IMG/VR virus record: IMGVR_UViG_2724679172_000006
Length of the DNA stretch: 58,458 bases
Strand: one strand, 5' to 3'
From: a virus
Lineage: Duplodnaviria > Heunggongvirae > Uroviricota > Caudoviricetes
A model generated the notes under the pieces. The model saw only the letters and a program-made list of their open reading frames with translations, ran no database searches and was not told the DNA's origin. A program made the position numbers and the translations under genes. Shown piece by piece: positions 30,873 through 40,962 of the stretch (position 1 is the first letter of the stretch; every line of letters starts with the position of its first letter).

Positions 30873-31145
30873 TTGACTATATGCGATAGCGAGAAGTTGA
30901 CTATAGGCGACATTCGTTGACGCTGGTGGATTTTTGCTGGCGTCAATATTCTGCAAGTCGCTATTGAGATGGCTTTTAGGGTCATTTCATCGCGTATAGT
31001 CAACGTTTCTCCCGACAATATCTTACATAGTCGATCTTTGGTGGAGTTAAATCGACTACAGTCAACTTTTGACTGTAGTCACATCGCGCATAGTCAACTA
31101 TTCACATTAACCTTCGCGCATAGTCAACATTTGCGCGGTTCTCAT
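30873..31145. repeat. downstream iteron array (incA-like copy-control locus)
   Basis: About nine iteron copies in both orientations, e.g. TTGACTATATGCGA, TTGACTATAGGCGA, CGCGTATAGTCAA, CGCGCATAGTCAA x2. Confidence 0.7.
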
Positions 31146-31162
31146 CAAGCAGTGGTATTGAT

Positions 31163-31972
31163 ATGCAAGAAGAGAAACAACACTACCTCTACGTTCTGGT
31201 GCCAGAGAACGGAGATACTTTTAAAATCGGCATTTCATGTGGTCCATTGGCACGGTTTAAAGGGCTACAAGTGAGTCCCGATTTTGCGCTTTCACGGGTC
31301 TATCGTGGTACACGTTTGGCAATGGTTAATCTTGAGCGGGCTTTACACGCAACCTTTTTCCCCTGGAATGCGCCGTGGGGGAAAAGCGTCGGTGGCGGGC
31401 ATACTGAATGGTTTACACGAGAGTGTCTTGATAAGGTTTTGGCTCATATCGAATATCTAAATGATATGTGGGGAGGGATTCTCGAGCGCATTAAGTCGAA
31501 TGATTTACTTCAGCGTCCAGTAGATGCTGCTTGCTCTTTCGAAAAAGAGCTGGATGTTACTTCTATCGTGACTTTCAAAGATGACGCAGGAATGAGGGAC
31601 GTGGCTTATGTCTCCATATCTGGCTATGAACCGGACGCGATCCGCGCTCAATGTGAATTGCTGAAAGCAATGTTTATGCTTCGGACTAAATATCCCTGGG
31701 ATACAGGGCGGGTGTGCTTCCCTATGGAAGAGTTAACCGCCACCATTGATTCCCAGCTTTACCACGATAATCCAGAGAAGTTTTTTAGCCTTTTAGCCGG
31801 TAATGGGCTTAACTGTGTGTCCGGGCTGGGGCGAAGTAGAATCCAACATGCCTCGCTCTTCGGTCCCTTCTTTTACGATCGACACGGGTACTTTGAGGCT
31901 GAACTTCCGGCGCTTACGCGTGCTATAGATACTATCGATTTCGAACGATTATTCGCTGCTCTTAGCAAATAA
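31163..31972 (+). CDS. T5orf172/MUG113-type GIY-YIG-like domain protein with uncharacterised C-terminal domain
   Basis: N-terminal YLYVLVPENGDTFKIGIS..RVYRGTRLAMVNLERALHATF..GGGHTEWF fits the T5orf172 signature; own terminator. Confidence 0.5.
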   Translation: MQEEKQHYLYVLVPENGDTFKIGISCGPLARFKGLQVSPDFALSRVYRGTRLAMVNLERALHATFFPWNAPWGKSVGGGHTEWFTRECLDKVLAHIEYLNDMWGGILERIKSNDLLQRPVDAACSFEKELDVTSIVTFKDDAGMRDVAYVSISGYEPDAIRAQCELLKAMFMLRTKYPWDTGRVCFPMEELTATIDSQLYHDNPEKFFSLLAGNGLNCVSGLGRSRIQHASLFGPFFYDRHGYFEAELPALTRAIDTIDFERLFAALSK

Positions 31973-31979
31973 CACTGAT

Positions 31980-32001
31980 GCCCCTGAACGGGGCTTTTTT
32001 G
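31980..32001 (+). terminator. intrinsic terminator
   Basis: GCCCCTGAACGGGGCTTTTTTGT. Confidence 0.55.
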
Positions 32002-32140
32002 TGCCTTTCTTGTAACTCTCAATCGTGCAAAATGAACCAAACATGCAGAGAATGCTATGTACAAGCATCTACGCATACATTATTATTTTATGCAGCATTT
32101 TTAATTAAATTCAAAAATACAGCATAAAGGATGACTTTCG

Positions 32141-33337
32141 ATGAGTGATTCCAGCCAGCTTCACAAGGTTGCTCAAAGAGCAAACAGAATGCTCAATGTT
32201 CTGACTGAACAAGTACAGTTGCAAAAGGATGAGCTACACGCGAACGAGTTTTACCAGGTCTATGCGAAAGCGGCACTGGCAAAATTGCCTCTACTGACTC
32301 GAGCGAACGTTGACTATGCCGTAAGTGAAATGGAAGAAAAGGGTTATGTTTTCGATAAACGCCCTGCTGGCTCTTCAATGAAATATGCGATGTCAATTCA
32401 GAACATCATTGACATATATGAACATCGCGGAGTGCCAAAATACCGGGATCGCTACAGCGAAGCGTATGTGATTTTCATCTCCAATCTTAAAGGCGGTGTG
32501 TCAAAAACTGTATCGACGGTTTCTCTGGCGCATGCAATGCGTGCTCATCCTCATCTTCTGATGGAAGATTTAAGGATTCTGGTTATTGACCTTGATCCGC
32601 AATCTTCAGCAACGATGTTTTTAAGCCATAAACACTCTATTGGTATCGTAAACGCAACATCTGCACAGGCTATGTTGCAGAATGTAAGCCGTGAAGAGCT
32701 GTTAGAGGAGTTTATTGTTCCTTCTGTTGTACCTGGGGTTGACGTTATGCCTGCGTCGATTGACGATGCCTTTATTGCATCCGATTGGAGAGAGCTGTGC
32801 AATGAGCATCTACCGGGTCAGAACATCCATGCAGTCCTGAAAGAAAATGTGATTGATAAGCTGAAGAGCGATTATGACTTTATCCTCGTTGATAGTGGTC
32901 CTCACCTTGACGCCTTCCTGAAAAATGCTTTGGCCTCGGCCAATATACTGTTTACACCTCTGCCGCCTGCAACGGTTGATTTCCACTCATCGCTTAAATA
33001 CGTTGCCCGCCTTCCTGAGTTGGTGAAACTCATTTCGGATGAAGGCTGCGAGTGTCAGCTTGCAACTAACATTGGTTTTATGTCCAAGTTGAGTAACAAG
33101 GCAGACCATAAGTATTGCCATAGCCTGGCTAAAGAAGTGTTCGGTGGGGATATGCTTGATGTCGTCCTCCCTCGCCTTGACGGTTTTGAACGCTGCGGCG
33201 AGTCTTTTGACACTGTTATTTCAGCTAACCCGGCAACGTATGTTGGTAGTGCTGATGCATTGAAGAACGCGCGAATTGCCGCGGAAGATTTTGCTAAAGC
33301 AGTTTTTGACCGTATTGAATTTATCAGATCTAACTGA
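32141..33337 (+). CDS. parA: partition ATPase ParA (type Ia, with N-terminal DNA-binding extension)
   Basis: 398 aa; deviant Walker A NLKGGVSKT; directly upstream of parB and parS. Confidence 0.9.
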   Translation: MSDSSQLHKVAQRANRMLNVLTEQVQLQKDELHANEFYQVYAKAALAKLPLLTRANVDYAVSEMEEKGYVFDKRPAGSSMKYAMSIQNIIDIYEHRGVPKYRDRYSEAYVIFISNLKGGVSKTVSTVSLAHAMRAHPHLLMEDLRILVIDLDPQSSATMFLSHKHSIGIVNATSAQAMLQNVSREELLEEFIVPSVVPGVDVMPASIDDAFIASDWRELCNEHLPGQNIHAVLKENVIDKLKSDYDFILVDSGPHLDAFLKNALASANILFTPLPPATVDFHSSLKYVARLPELVKLISDEGCECQLATNIGFMSKLSNKADHKYCHSLAKEVFGGDMLDVVLPRLDGFERCGESFDTVISANPATYVGSADALKNARIAAEDFAKAVFDRIEFIRSN

Positions 33338-33353
33338 GGAGTAAGAAACCCCC

Positions 33354-34355
33354 ATGTCAAAGAAAAACAGACCAACAATTGGGCGAACCCTTAATCCTTC
33401 AATATTAAGCGGATTTGATAGTTCTTCAGCCTCTGGCGATCGAGTCGAGCAGGTATTCAAGTTATCAACTGGTCGCCAGGCCACATTTATTGAAGAGGTA
33501 ATACCTCCGAACCAGGTAGAAAGCGATACCTTTGTTGATCAGCATAACAACGGGCGTGACCAGGCATCTCTTACGCCAAAATCATTAAAAAGTATCCGAA
33601 GCACTATTAAGCATCAGCAATTTTACCCTGCAATAGGTGTTAGACGGGCTACAGGGAAAATTGAAATTTTGGATGGTTCCCGGCGTCGAGCTTCTGCCAT
33701 CTTAGAGAACGTAGGGTTGCGGGTTTTAGTCACGGACCAGGAGATCAGCGTTCAGGAAGCGCAAAATTTAGCGAAAGACGTTCAGACAGCATTGCAGCAC
33801 AGCATTCGAGAAATAGGTCTGCGTTTGATGCGAATGAAAAATGATGGGATGAGTCAGAAGGATATTGCAGCCAAAGAAGGGCTGTCTCAGGCGAAGGTCA
33901 CGCGTGCTCTCCAGGCAGCGAGTGCTCCGGAAGAATTAGTCGCCCTTTTCCCTGTTCAGTCGGAATTAACCTTTTCGGACTACAAAACGCTTTGTGCTGT
34001 TGGCGACGAAATGGGGAACAAGAATTTAGAGTTTGATCAGCTTATTCAAAACATATCCCCGGAAATAAACGACATCTTATCCATTGAAGAAATGGCCGAA
34101 GATGAAGTTAAAAATAAAATCCTGCGCTTGATAACAAAGGAAGCCTCACTACTCACGGATAAAGGTTCTAAAGATAAGTCCGTAGTTACTGAATTATGGA
34201 AATTTGAGGACAAGGATCGCTTTGCAAGGAAGCGCGTGAAAGGCCGTGCATTTTCTTATGAGTTTAATCGACTTTCAAAAGAGCTACAGGAAGAACTCGA
34301 CAGGATGATTGGGCATATCCTTAGAAAGAGCCTCGATAAAAAGCCGAAGCCTTAA
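33354..34355 (+). CDS. parB: partition protein ParB
   Basis: 333 aa; 16 nt after parA; followed by heptamer/hexamer centromere. Confidence 0.9.
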   Translation: MSKKNRPTIGRTLNPSILSGFDSSSASGDRVEQVFKLSTGRQATFIEEVIPPNQVESDTFVDQHNNGRDQASLTPKSLKSIRSTIKHQQFYPAIGVRRATGKIEILDGSRRRASAILENVGLRVLVTDQEISVQEAQNLAKDVQTALQHSIREIGLRLMRMKNDGMSQKDIAAKEGLSQAKVTRALQAASAPEELVALFPVQSELTFSDYKTLCAVGDEMGNKNLEFDQLIQNISPEINDILSIEEMAEDEVKNKILRLITKEASLLTDKGSKDKSVVTELWKFEDKDRFARKRVKGRAFSYEFNRLSKELQEELDRMIGHILRKSLDKKPKP

Positions 34356-34359
34356 ACTT

Positions 34360-34445
34360 TCGCCATTCAAATTTCACTATTAACCAACTGTTTTTAAAGT
34401 AAATCCATCTAAAATTTCAAGGTGAAATCGCCACGATTTCACCTT
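34360..34445. other. parS centromere
   Basis: ATTTCAC heptamers at 34371, 34422 (inverted) and 34436; TCGCCA hexamers at 34360 and 34428; AT-rich IHF-like spacer. Confidence 0.8.
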
Positions 34446-34507
34446 GGATTTTACCTTCCTCCCCTACTCCCGAAAAAAATAAAAAAATTGCTTGTCACGA
34501 GAAAGTC

Positions 34508-34529
34508 AACAAGTGACTTTCAATAAAAT
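34508..34529 (+). promoter_or_regulatory. candidate late promoter element
   Basis: AACAAGTGAC-N6-TAAAAT upstream of head gene. Confidence 0.35.
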
Positions 34530-34559
34530 CTCTTCCGAAAAGGGATTCACACAAGTGCC

Positions 34560-36287
34560 TTGTGTTTAAGGAAGAGTAAATTGAGTAACTTACGCGAATA
34601 CCAGAATCGTATTGCAGATATCGCAAAACGCTCTAAAGCTGTGCTTGGCTGGGCAAGCACTGCGCAGTTCGGTACTGATAACCAATTCATTAAAGATGAT
34701 GCCGCGCGTGCCGCATCTATCCTTGAAGCTGCACGTAAAGACCCGGTTTTTGCGGGTATCTCTGATAATGCCACCGCTCAAATCGCTACAGCGTGGGCAA
34801 GTGCACTGGCTGACTACGCCGCAGCACATAAATCTATGCCGCGTCCGGAAATTCTGGCCTCCTGCCACCAGACGCTGGAAAACTGCCTGATTGAGTCCAC
34901 CCGCAATAGCATGGATGCCACTAATAAAGCGATGCTGGAATCCGTCGCAGCAGAGATGATGAGCGTTTCTGACGGTGTTATGCGTCTGCCTTTATTCCTC
35001 GCGATGATCCTGCCTGTTCAGTTGGGGGCAGCTACCGCTGATGCGTGTACCTTCATTCCGGTTACGCGTGACCAGTCCGACATCTATGAAGTCTTTAACG
35101 TGGCAGGTTCCTCTTTTGGTTCTTATGCTGCTGGTGATGTTCTGGACATGCAATCCGTCGGTGTGTACAGCCAGTTACGTCGCCGCTATGTGCTGGTGGC
35201 AAGCTCCGATGGCACCAGCAAAACCGCAACCTTCAAGATGGAAGACTTCGAAGGCCAGAATGTACCAATCCGAAAAGGTCGCACTAACATCTACGTTAAC
35301 CGTATTAAGTCTGTTGTTGATAACGGTTCCGGCAGCCTACTTCACTCGTTTACTAATGCTGCTGGTGAGCAAATCACTGTTACCTGCTCTCTGAACTACA
35401 ACATTGGTCAGATTGCCCTGTCGTTCTCCAAAGCGCCGGATAAAGGCACTGAGATCGCAATTGAGACGGAAATCAATATTGAAGCCGCTCCTGAGCTGAT
35501 CCCGCTGATCAACCACGAAATGAAGAAATACACCCTGTTCCCAAGTCAGTTCGTTATCGCGGCTGAGCACACGGTACAGGCGGCGTATGAAGCACAGCGT
35601 GAATTTGGTCTGGACCTGGGTTCCCTACAGTTCCGCACCCTGAAGGAATACCTGTCTCATGAACAGGATATGCTGCGTCTTCGCATCATGATCTGGCGTA
35701 CTCTTGCGACCGACACCTTTGACATCGCTCTGCCGGTTAACCAGTCCTTTGATGTATGGGCAACCATCATTCGTGGCAAATTCCAGACTGTATATCGCGA
35801 CATTATTGAGCGCGTTAAATCTTCTGGTGCGATGGGGATGTTTGCTGGTGCTGATGCAGCATCTTTCTTCAAACAGTTGCCGAAGGATTTCTTCCAGCCA
35901 GCCGAAGACTATATCCAGACTCCGTATGTTCACTACATCGGTACCCTGTTCGGTAACGTGAAAGTGTACGAAGTACCTGCTGGTATTTGTAAGAACTTAA
36001 CGACAGAGAACATTCAGTTCAGCTCGATGGATGTGCTGTGCTACGTCCGTGATGAAAATCCGGGTAAAGCAGGCTTCGTGACTGGTGATGCTGTCCCGGC
36101 TATCCCGTTCCAGCATCCGACCACTCCGGCGCTGGTCAACCGTACCACACTGTGGGGTTCGGCTATCAACGATATGCACCCACGCAACGGCGCTGATTAC
36201 TTCACTCGTGTAACGCTGACAATGGCCAAAAAAGGCGGGCTTAACTTCATTAGCGGCGACACGATTGATGCCGGTGACTCTGAGTAA
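34560..36287 (+). CDS. major head (capsid) protein precursor, gp23-like
   Basis: 575 aa; first structural gene beyond parS, as in P1; real start probably the TTG a few codons in, after GGAAGAG. Confidence 0.55.
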   Translation: MCLRKSKLSNLREYQNRIADIAKRSKAVLGWASTAQFGTDNQFIKDDAARAASILEAARKDPVFAGISDNATAQIATAWASALADYAAAHKSMPRPEILASCHQTLENCLIESTRNSMDATNKAMLESVAAEMMSVSDGVMRLPLFLAMILPVQLGAATADACTFIPVTRDQSDIYEVFNVAGSSFGSYAAGDVLDMQSVGVYSQLRRRYVLVASSDGTSKTATFKMEDFEGQNVPIRKGRTNIYVNRIKSVVDNGSGSLLHSFTNAAGEQITVTCSLNYNIGQIALSFSKAPDKGTEIAIETEINIEAAPELIPLINHEMKKYTLFPSQFVIAAEHTVQAAYEAQREFGLDLGSLQFRTLKEYLSHEQDMLRLRIMIWRTLATDTFDIALPVNQSFDVWATIIRGKFQTVYRDIIERVKSSGAMGMFAGADAASFFKQLPKDFFQPAEDYIQTPYVHYIGTLFGNVKVYEVPAGICKNLTTENIQFSSMDVLCYVRDENPGKAGFVTGDAVPAIPFQHPTTPALVNRTTLWGSAINDMHPRNGADYFTRVTLTMAKKGGLNFISGDTIDAGDSE

Positions 36288-36347
36288 TCAGGGGAAGTTC
36301 TCCGTTTAACATAGCGCCCCCGTGCGGGGCGCATAACAGGGAAAGTT

Positions 36348-37937
36348 ATGTCTCAATATTCAATTCAACAGTCATTAGGTAATGCATCCGGCGTCGCGGT
36401 TAGCCCGATCAATGCCGATGCGACGTTATCTACCGGTGTTGCATTAAATAGCAGCTTGTGGGCTGGTATTGGCGTATTTGCGCGTGGCAAGCCGTTTACT
36501 GTTCTTGCGGTTACTGAGTCCAATTACGAAGATGTTCTCGGCGAACCGCTGAAGCCGTCTTCCGGCTCACAGTTCGAACCAATTCGCCATGTATACGAAG
36601 CTATTCAGCAAACATCTGGTTATGTTGTTCGCGCTGTTCCGGATGATGCGAAGTTCCCGATTATTATGTTCGATGAATCAGGCGAACCGGCTTACAGTGC
36701 GTTGCCATACGGTTCTGAAATTGAACTTGATAGTGGCGAAGCCTTTGCTATCTACGTTGATGATGGTGATCCGTGTATTTCACCTACCCGTGAGTTAACC
36801 ATCGAAACGGCAACAGCGGACAGCGCGGGTAATGAACGCTTCCTCTTAAAACTGACCCAGACGACTTCGCTCGGTGTGGTAACGACCCTGGAGACACACA
36901 CTGTGTCTTTGGCGGAAGAAGCGAAAGATGACATGGGCCGCTTGTGTTATCTGCCTACGGCTCTGGAAGCCCGTTCTAAATATCTGCGCGCGGTTGTTAA
37001 TGAAGAGCTGATTTCGACAGCGAAAGTAACAAACAAAAAATCGTTGGCGTTCACTGGCGGTACCAACGGCGATCAGTCGAAAATCTCAACCGCTGCGTAC
37101 CTGCGTGCGGTGAAAGTGCTGAACAATGCGCCGTACATGTACACCGCTGTTCTCGGCCTGGGGTGCTATGACAATGCGGCGATCACTGCGTTAGGTAATA
37201 TCTGTTCTGATCGCCTGATTGATGGCTTCTTTGATGTCAAACCGACATTGACGTACACGGAAGCGATCTCTGCTGTTGAAGATACCGGTTTACTTGGTAC
37301 CGATTATGTAAGCTGTGCTGTCTATCATTTCCCGTTCTCCTGCAAAGACAAATGGACCCAATCCCGCGTGGTCTTCGGTCTGTCTGGCGCGGCGTATGCG
37401 GCGAAAGCTCGTGGCGTCAAGAAAAACTCCGATGTCGGCGGTTGGCATTACTCACCGGCTGGTGAAGAACGTGCCGTCATAGCTCGTGCATCACTTCAGC
37501 CGCTGTATCCTGAAGACACCCCGGACGAAGAAGCTATGGTCAAGGGCCGACTCAATAAAGTATCTGTAGGTACTTCGGGCCAGATGATCATCGATGATGC
37601 TTTAACTTGCTGCACGCAGGACAACTATCTGCATTTCCAGCACGTCCCATCCCTGATGAACGCAATCAGCCGTTTCTTTGTCCAGTTAGCCCGACAGATG
37701 AAGCATAACCCGGACGGCATTACTGAGTCTGGCCTGACTAAAGGGATGACCAAACTTTTGGATCGCTTTGTCGCCTCCGGCGCTCTGGTGGCTCCTCGTG
37801 ATCCTGATGCTGACGGTACAGAACCGTATGTGCTGAAAGTTACGCAGGCGGAATTCGATAAATGGGAAGTAGTCTGGGCCTGCTGCCCGACTGGCGTAGC
37901 CCGTCGTATCCAGGGCGTACCGCTGCTTATTAAGTAA
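36348..37937 (+). CDS. contractile tail sheath protein, gp22-like
   Basis: 529 aa (about 57 kDa); size and position. Confidence 0.5.
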   Translation: MSQYSIQQSLGNASGVAVSPINADATLSTGVALNSSLWAGIGVFARGKPFTVLAVTESNYEDVLGEPLKPSSGSQFEPIRHVYEAIQQTSGYVVRAVPDDAKFPIIMFDESGEPAYSALPYGSEIELDSGEAFAIYVDDGDPCISPTRELTIETATADSAGNERFLLKLTQTTSLGVVTTLETHTVSLAEEAKDDMGRLCYLPTALEARSKYLRAVVNEELISTAKVTNKKSLAFTGGTNGDQSKISTAAYLRAVKVLNNAPYMYTAVLGLGCYDNAAITALGNICSDRLIDGFFDVKPTLTYTEAISAVEDTGLLGTDYVSCAVYHFPFSCKDKWTQSRVVFGLSGAAYAAKARGVKKNSDVGGWHYSPAGEERAVIARASLQPLYPEDTPDEEAMVKGRLNKVSVGTSGQMIIDDALTCCTQDNYLHFQHVPSLMNAISRFFVQLARQMKHNPDGITESGLTKGMTKLLDRFVASGALVAPRDPDADGTEPYVLKVTQAEFDKWEVVWACCPTGVARRIQGVPLLIK

Positions 37938-37946
37938 GGAAATACA

Positions 37947-38762
37947 ATGAGCAAAAACTTTTTTCAATCCGGGGCATTTTTGGGGAATGGACTGTCTCGT
38001 TTCGCTTTGAACTCTGATCCTGTGCAGTTGATGGAGTCTGCCCGAGCAAGCGCCGAACCGACAACAGATCCGGTTATTAATAATAATCCGAAACCGGCGG
38101 CACAGACTAACGATAACGTTCCATCTGCCACGGCTCCTGAGCAAATCCTGGAAGGGAAAGACGGTAAAGAATGGACCGTCGAACAGGCGCACCAGATGAT
38201 TCTGGAAGCTGCAAATCGAAGTGCTATGCAGAATGCGTTGAGTGATGCGGCCGACGCCGTTTTCGCCTGGGCTGATAGCGGTGATCTGACTTTCGACTCC
38301 CTTGATGGTTTCGTTCAGGCTATCGCTGGTATCTCTGATGACGACGACTCCGAAGTTACAGAAGAACAGGACGATGCCTATAACGAAGCATGGGCAAATG
38401 TTGCTGACTTCCTCGCAGCATGCGGTGTAGATGATGACCTGATCGAAGCACTGGCTGATGATGAAGACGACGACGCAGCTGCTGATGTTGGTGCCTCTAT
38501 CGCTGGTTTAGATAGCGACGACCGTGACGAACTGGAAGCAGCGTTTGTTGTTGCTGGCACTTCTGATGAAATGCTGACTGAAGCATTTAAGAAGGTTGTT
38601 CGTAACGGTGAGATCAAACTCATCCGTAAACGCCTGCGTAAAAAACGTCTGACTGCGGCTCAAAAATCGGCGCTGAAAAAAGCGCGTCGAAAAGCCCAGA
38701 CCGGCGCGGCAAAACTTGCCCGCAAAAAGTCAATGAAACTGCGCCGTAAGCGCCTTGGCTAA
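37947..38762 (+). CDS. acidic protein with polybasic C-terminal tail
   Basis: D/E-rich body (DDDDSEVTEEQDDAY.., ADDEDDDAAAD) and C-terminal KLIRKRLRKKRL..RKKSMKLRRKRLG. Confidence 0.5.
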   Translation: MSKNFFQSGAFLGNGLSRFALNSDPVQLMESARASAEPTTDPVINNNPKPAAQTNDNVPSATAPEQILEGKDGKEWTVEQAHQMILEAANRSAMQNALSDAADAVFAWADSGDLTFDSLDGFVQAIAGISDDDDSEVTEEQDDAYNEAWANVADFLAACGVDDDLIEALADDEDDDAAADVGASIAGLDSDDRDELEAAFVVAGTSDEMLTEAFKKVVRNGEIKLIRKRLRKKRLTAAQKSALKKARRKAQTGAAKLARKKSMKLRRKRLG

Positions 38763-38797
38763 AGGAGGAGGCCGGAGAACTCCGGCCTTTAACTTGA

Positions 38798-39379
38798 ATG
38801 GCACCTATACCTTATGGGGTTTACAGCCAGGCTGACGGTGTATCACCATTTCTGAAAGTTACTTTAACGAACTCTCAGTACCAGGTTACCGGATATATCA
38901 GCCAGGGGGCGGCAATGAACATGGCCCAGAATTGGGAAGCGCCGTTTACCGGTATGTCCATGGGGTCTGTTGCTGGTGCTTTCAGTGGTTTTGCGCAGGT
39001 TGGTACTGAAACAACGTCGGTGGCCCGTTGGAACAGCTTAATGGTTTGGGAGGGGGGAACACCGCCAACTTTCACGCTGCCAGTAACTTTCATCGCTTTG
39101 TTTGACCCATTCACGGAGGTTTCAGGAGCTATCGCCGCATTGTCAGCGATGATTAGCCCGGAACTTAAAGATGCCAGTATTGGTGGTCGAATCCCGGAGC
39201 GTGTGACGCTAAACATTGGTCGCCGGATCAACATCATTGATGTCGCTATCCAGGACATAAGTTTCGATCTCGATGCGCCCAGGGACAGCAATGGGCATTT
39301 CCTGAAAAACACCGTCAACCTCCAGTTGACCGGTTCTTCGATATATAACAGCTCCGATATTGTTCGGGCGTTCCAGTAA
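38798..39379 (+). CDS. hypothetical virion structural protein
   Basis: ORF track; position in structural operon. Confidence 0.5.
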   Translation: MAPIPYGVYSQADGVSPFLKVTLTNSQYQVTGYISQGAAMNMAQNWEAPFTGMSMGSVAGAFSGFAQVGTETTSVARWNSLMVWEGGTPPTFTLPVTFIALFDPFTEVSGAIAALSAMISPELKDASIGGRIPERVTLNIGRRINIIDVAIQDISFDLDAPRDSNGHFLKNTVNLQLTGSSIYNSSDIVRAFQ

Positions 39380-39390
39380 AAGGATTTTAT

Positions 39391-39900
39391 ATGGGGCACA
39401 ATAACACTAAGGGAAACCGTAAATTTATTAAGGGCCGCTATACTGCCAACGCGGCCAAAGGCGAACGACTGGTATCTTCTGAATTCCAGCTCACTTTTGC
39501 TGGCCATGAAGATATCAGCGTACTGGTTCGCACGTCGCAAATTCCTGAAATGACCCGCGAGGATGTGGAGGACTATGGTCCGAATGGTGTGAAGTTCAAC
39601 CAGCACGGTCCAATTCGAAACTCTGGGGAAATCCAGGTCCAGTGCGTGGAGACTATCGAAGGCGATATTCTTCAGTTCATTAAAGATCGCATTGCGGCGA
39701 AGGACTATGTTGATATCACGATGGCTGCTACCCCTGAATCCAAATCTTCCGGGGTTAACGCTGTGACAAAAGCTGCTACAACAATTGAAATGTTGGACTG
39801 CAAAATCTACAGTGATGCAATCGACTTTAGTACCGAAGATGTGACTGCCGCTGTGCGTCCGTCACTTCGTATCGTTTACAACTGGATTGAGTGGGATTAA
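39391..39900 (+). CDS. hypothetical virion structural protein
   Basis: ORF track; followed by terminator. Confidence 0.5.
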   Translation: MGHNNTKGNRKFIKGRYTANAAKGERLVSSEFQLTFAGHEDISVLVRTSQIPEMTREDVEDYGPNGVKFNQHGPIRNSGEIQVQCVETIEGDILQFIKDRIAAKDYVDITMAATPESKSSGVNAVTKAATTIEMLDCKIYSDAIDFSTEDVTAAVRPSLRIVYNWIEWD

Positions 39901-39918
39901 GAATCATCCCTTGTATTT

Positions 39919-39943
39919 TAAAGCTCCTGCGGGAGCTTTTTTT
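39919..39943 (+). terminator. intrinsic terminator
   Basis: AAAGCTCCtgcGGGAGCTTTTTTT. Confidence 0.6.
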
Positions 39944-40035
39944 ATAACTATTTTATATAAACATGCATCGATAACATTGTCTGGAGTTTTATGTTAGATT
40001 ATTAATGTTCTAATAAACTACAATTATTGAGGTAG

Positions 40036-40668
40036 ATGTTTGTGCCTGTACTGTTAAAGGGGGACTCTAAAATGGCTGTGATTCCAATGTCGTACTCCCC
40101 GGGTACTGTCGCTCGTCGATTTTCGATCCTGGACGGAGTTACCATCCAGGGTGTGCTTTACCAGGTTATATGGGATTCCAAAACCCCATTTGCAGCTGTA
40201 ATAGAGGCTGCGCCTTCTGTTATCGATGGTGATATGCGCCATAAGGTTGTCGCTACTCTTGAACTTCAACGTCGCCCGCAGCTTGAAGGCGTACTGGTAA
40301 GGAAGTTCTGGGAGGATAGCGATGTTGCCCAGATTGAAGGTATTGTGGTTGATGGAACCGTCCGTGATGTCGGTTTAGCTACTTTTGTTTACGAAACCGT
40401 AGCCTCAAAAGCTGGTGTTGTTTTGCTTAGTGATAATGAGCAATACGAAGGTGGAAAAGCTCTTTGGCAACACATCGCCCGTCGCTCTTCCGAGCTAAAA
40501 GTGTTTATCCTCGACACCGATGCCGCTCAGTATTACCCGTTTGACGGCGAACGTGTTTGCTATGACGGGGTAAGTATTCCTGAATCTGAGATATGGAGTG
40601 AACACCCAGATCGAAGTAAGCATGGGGTTGTTCTTGTCGCTGAATCCATAACTGGAAAGGCGGCATAG
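40036..40668 (+). CDS. hypothetical protein (likely start at 40072)
   Basis: ORF track; GGGGGA before ATG at 40072. Confidence 0.5.
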   Translation: MFVPVLLKGDSKMAVIPMSYSPGTVARRFSILDGVTIQGVLYQVIWDSKTPFAAVIEAAPSVIDGDMRHKVVATLELQRRPQLEGVLVRKFWEDSDVAQIEGIVVDGTVRDVGLATFVYETVASKAGVVLLSDNEQYEGGKALWQHIARRSSELKVFILDTDAAQYYPFDGERVCYDGVSIPESEIWSEHPDRSKHGVVLVAESITGKAA

Positions 40669-40962
40669 CAGTAAAATTCCTTGCTCCTTAAAAGGGGAGA
40701 GGGTTAATCTAGATATGCTAAGCATGGATATGGCCTCAGATTAATGTTAAGCGTCTTGCAGGACGCGTAATGTTATCTGGGGCTTTCTTCTGTTATTTGT
40801 TTGAGTGCTAGGTAGCAAAGAGAGCTAGCATTCATCAGGCAAATCTATCAATAAATAGCGTTAGTTTTTGTTGTGTGTATGTTTCTTTATTGTTATTGTT
40901 ATTGTGTTGTTTGTTTTTTGGACAACGCAATTCCTATAATCTATAGAATAAAGGAAGTATAT

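Noticed and set aside
29806-31145. Iteron arrays as a possible CRISPR array
   Set aside because: Repeats are about 14-19 bp separated by only 3-8 bp, occur in both orientations, and flank a RepA gene with DnaA box; they are plasmid iterons, not repeat-spacer units.
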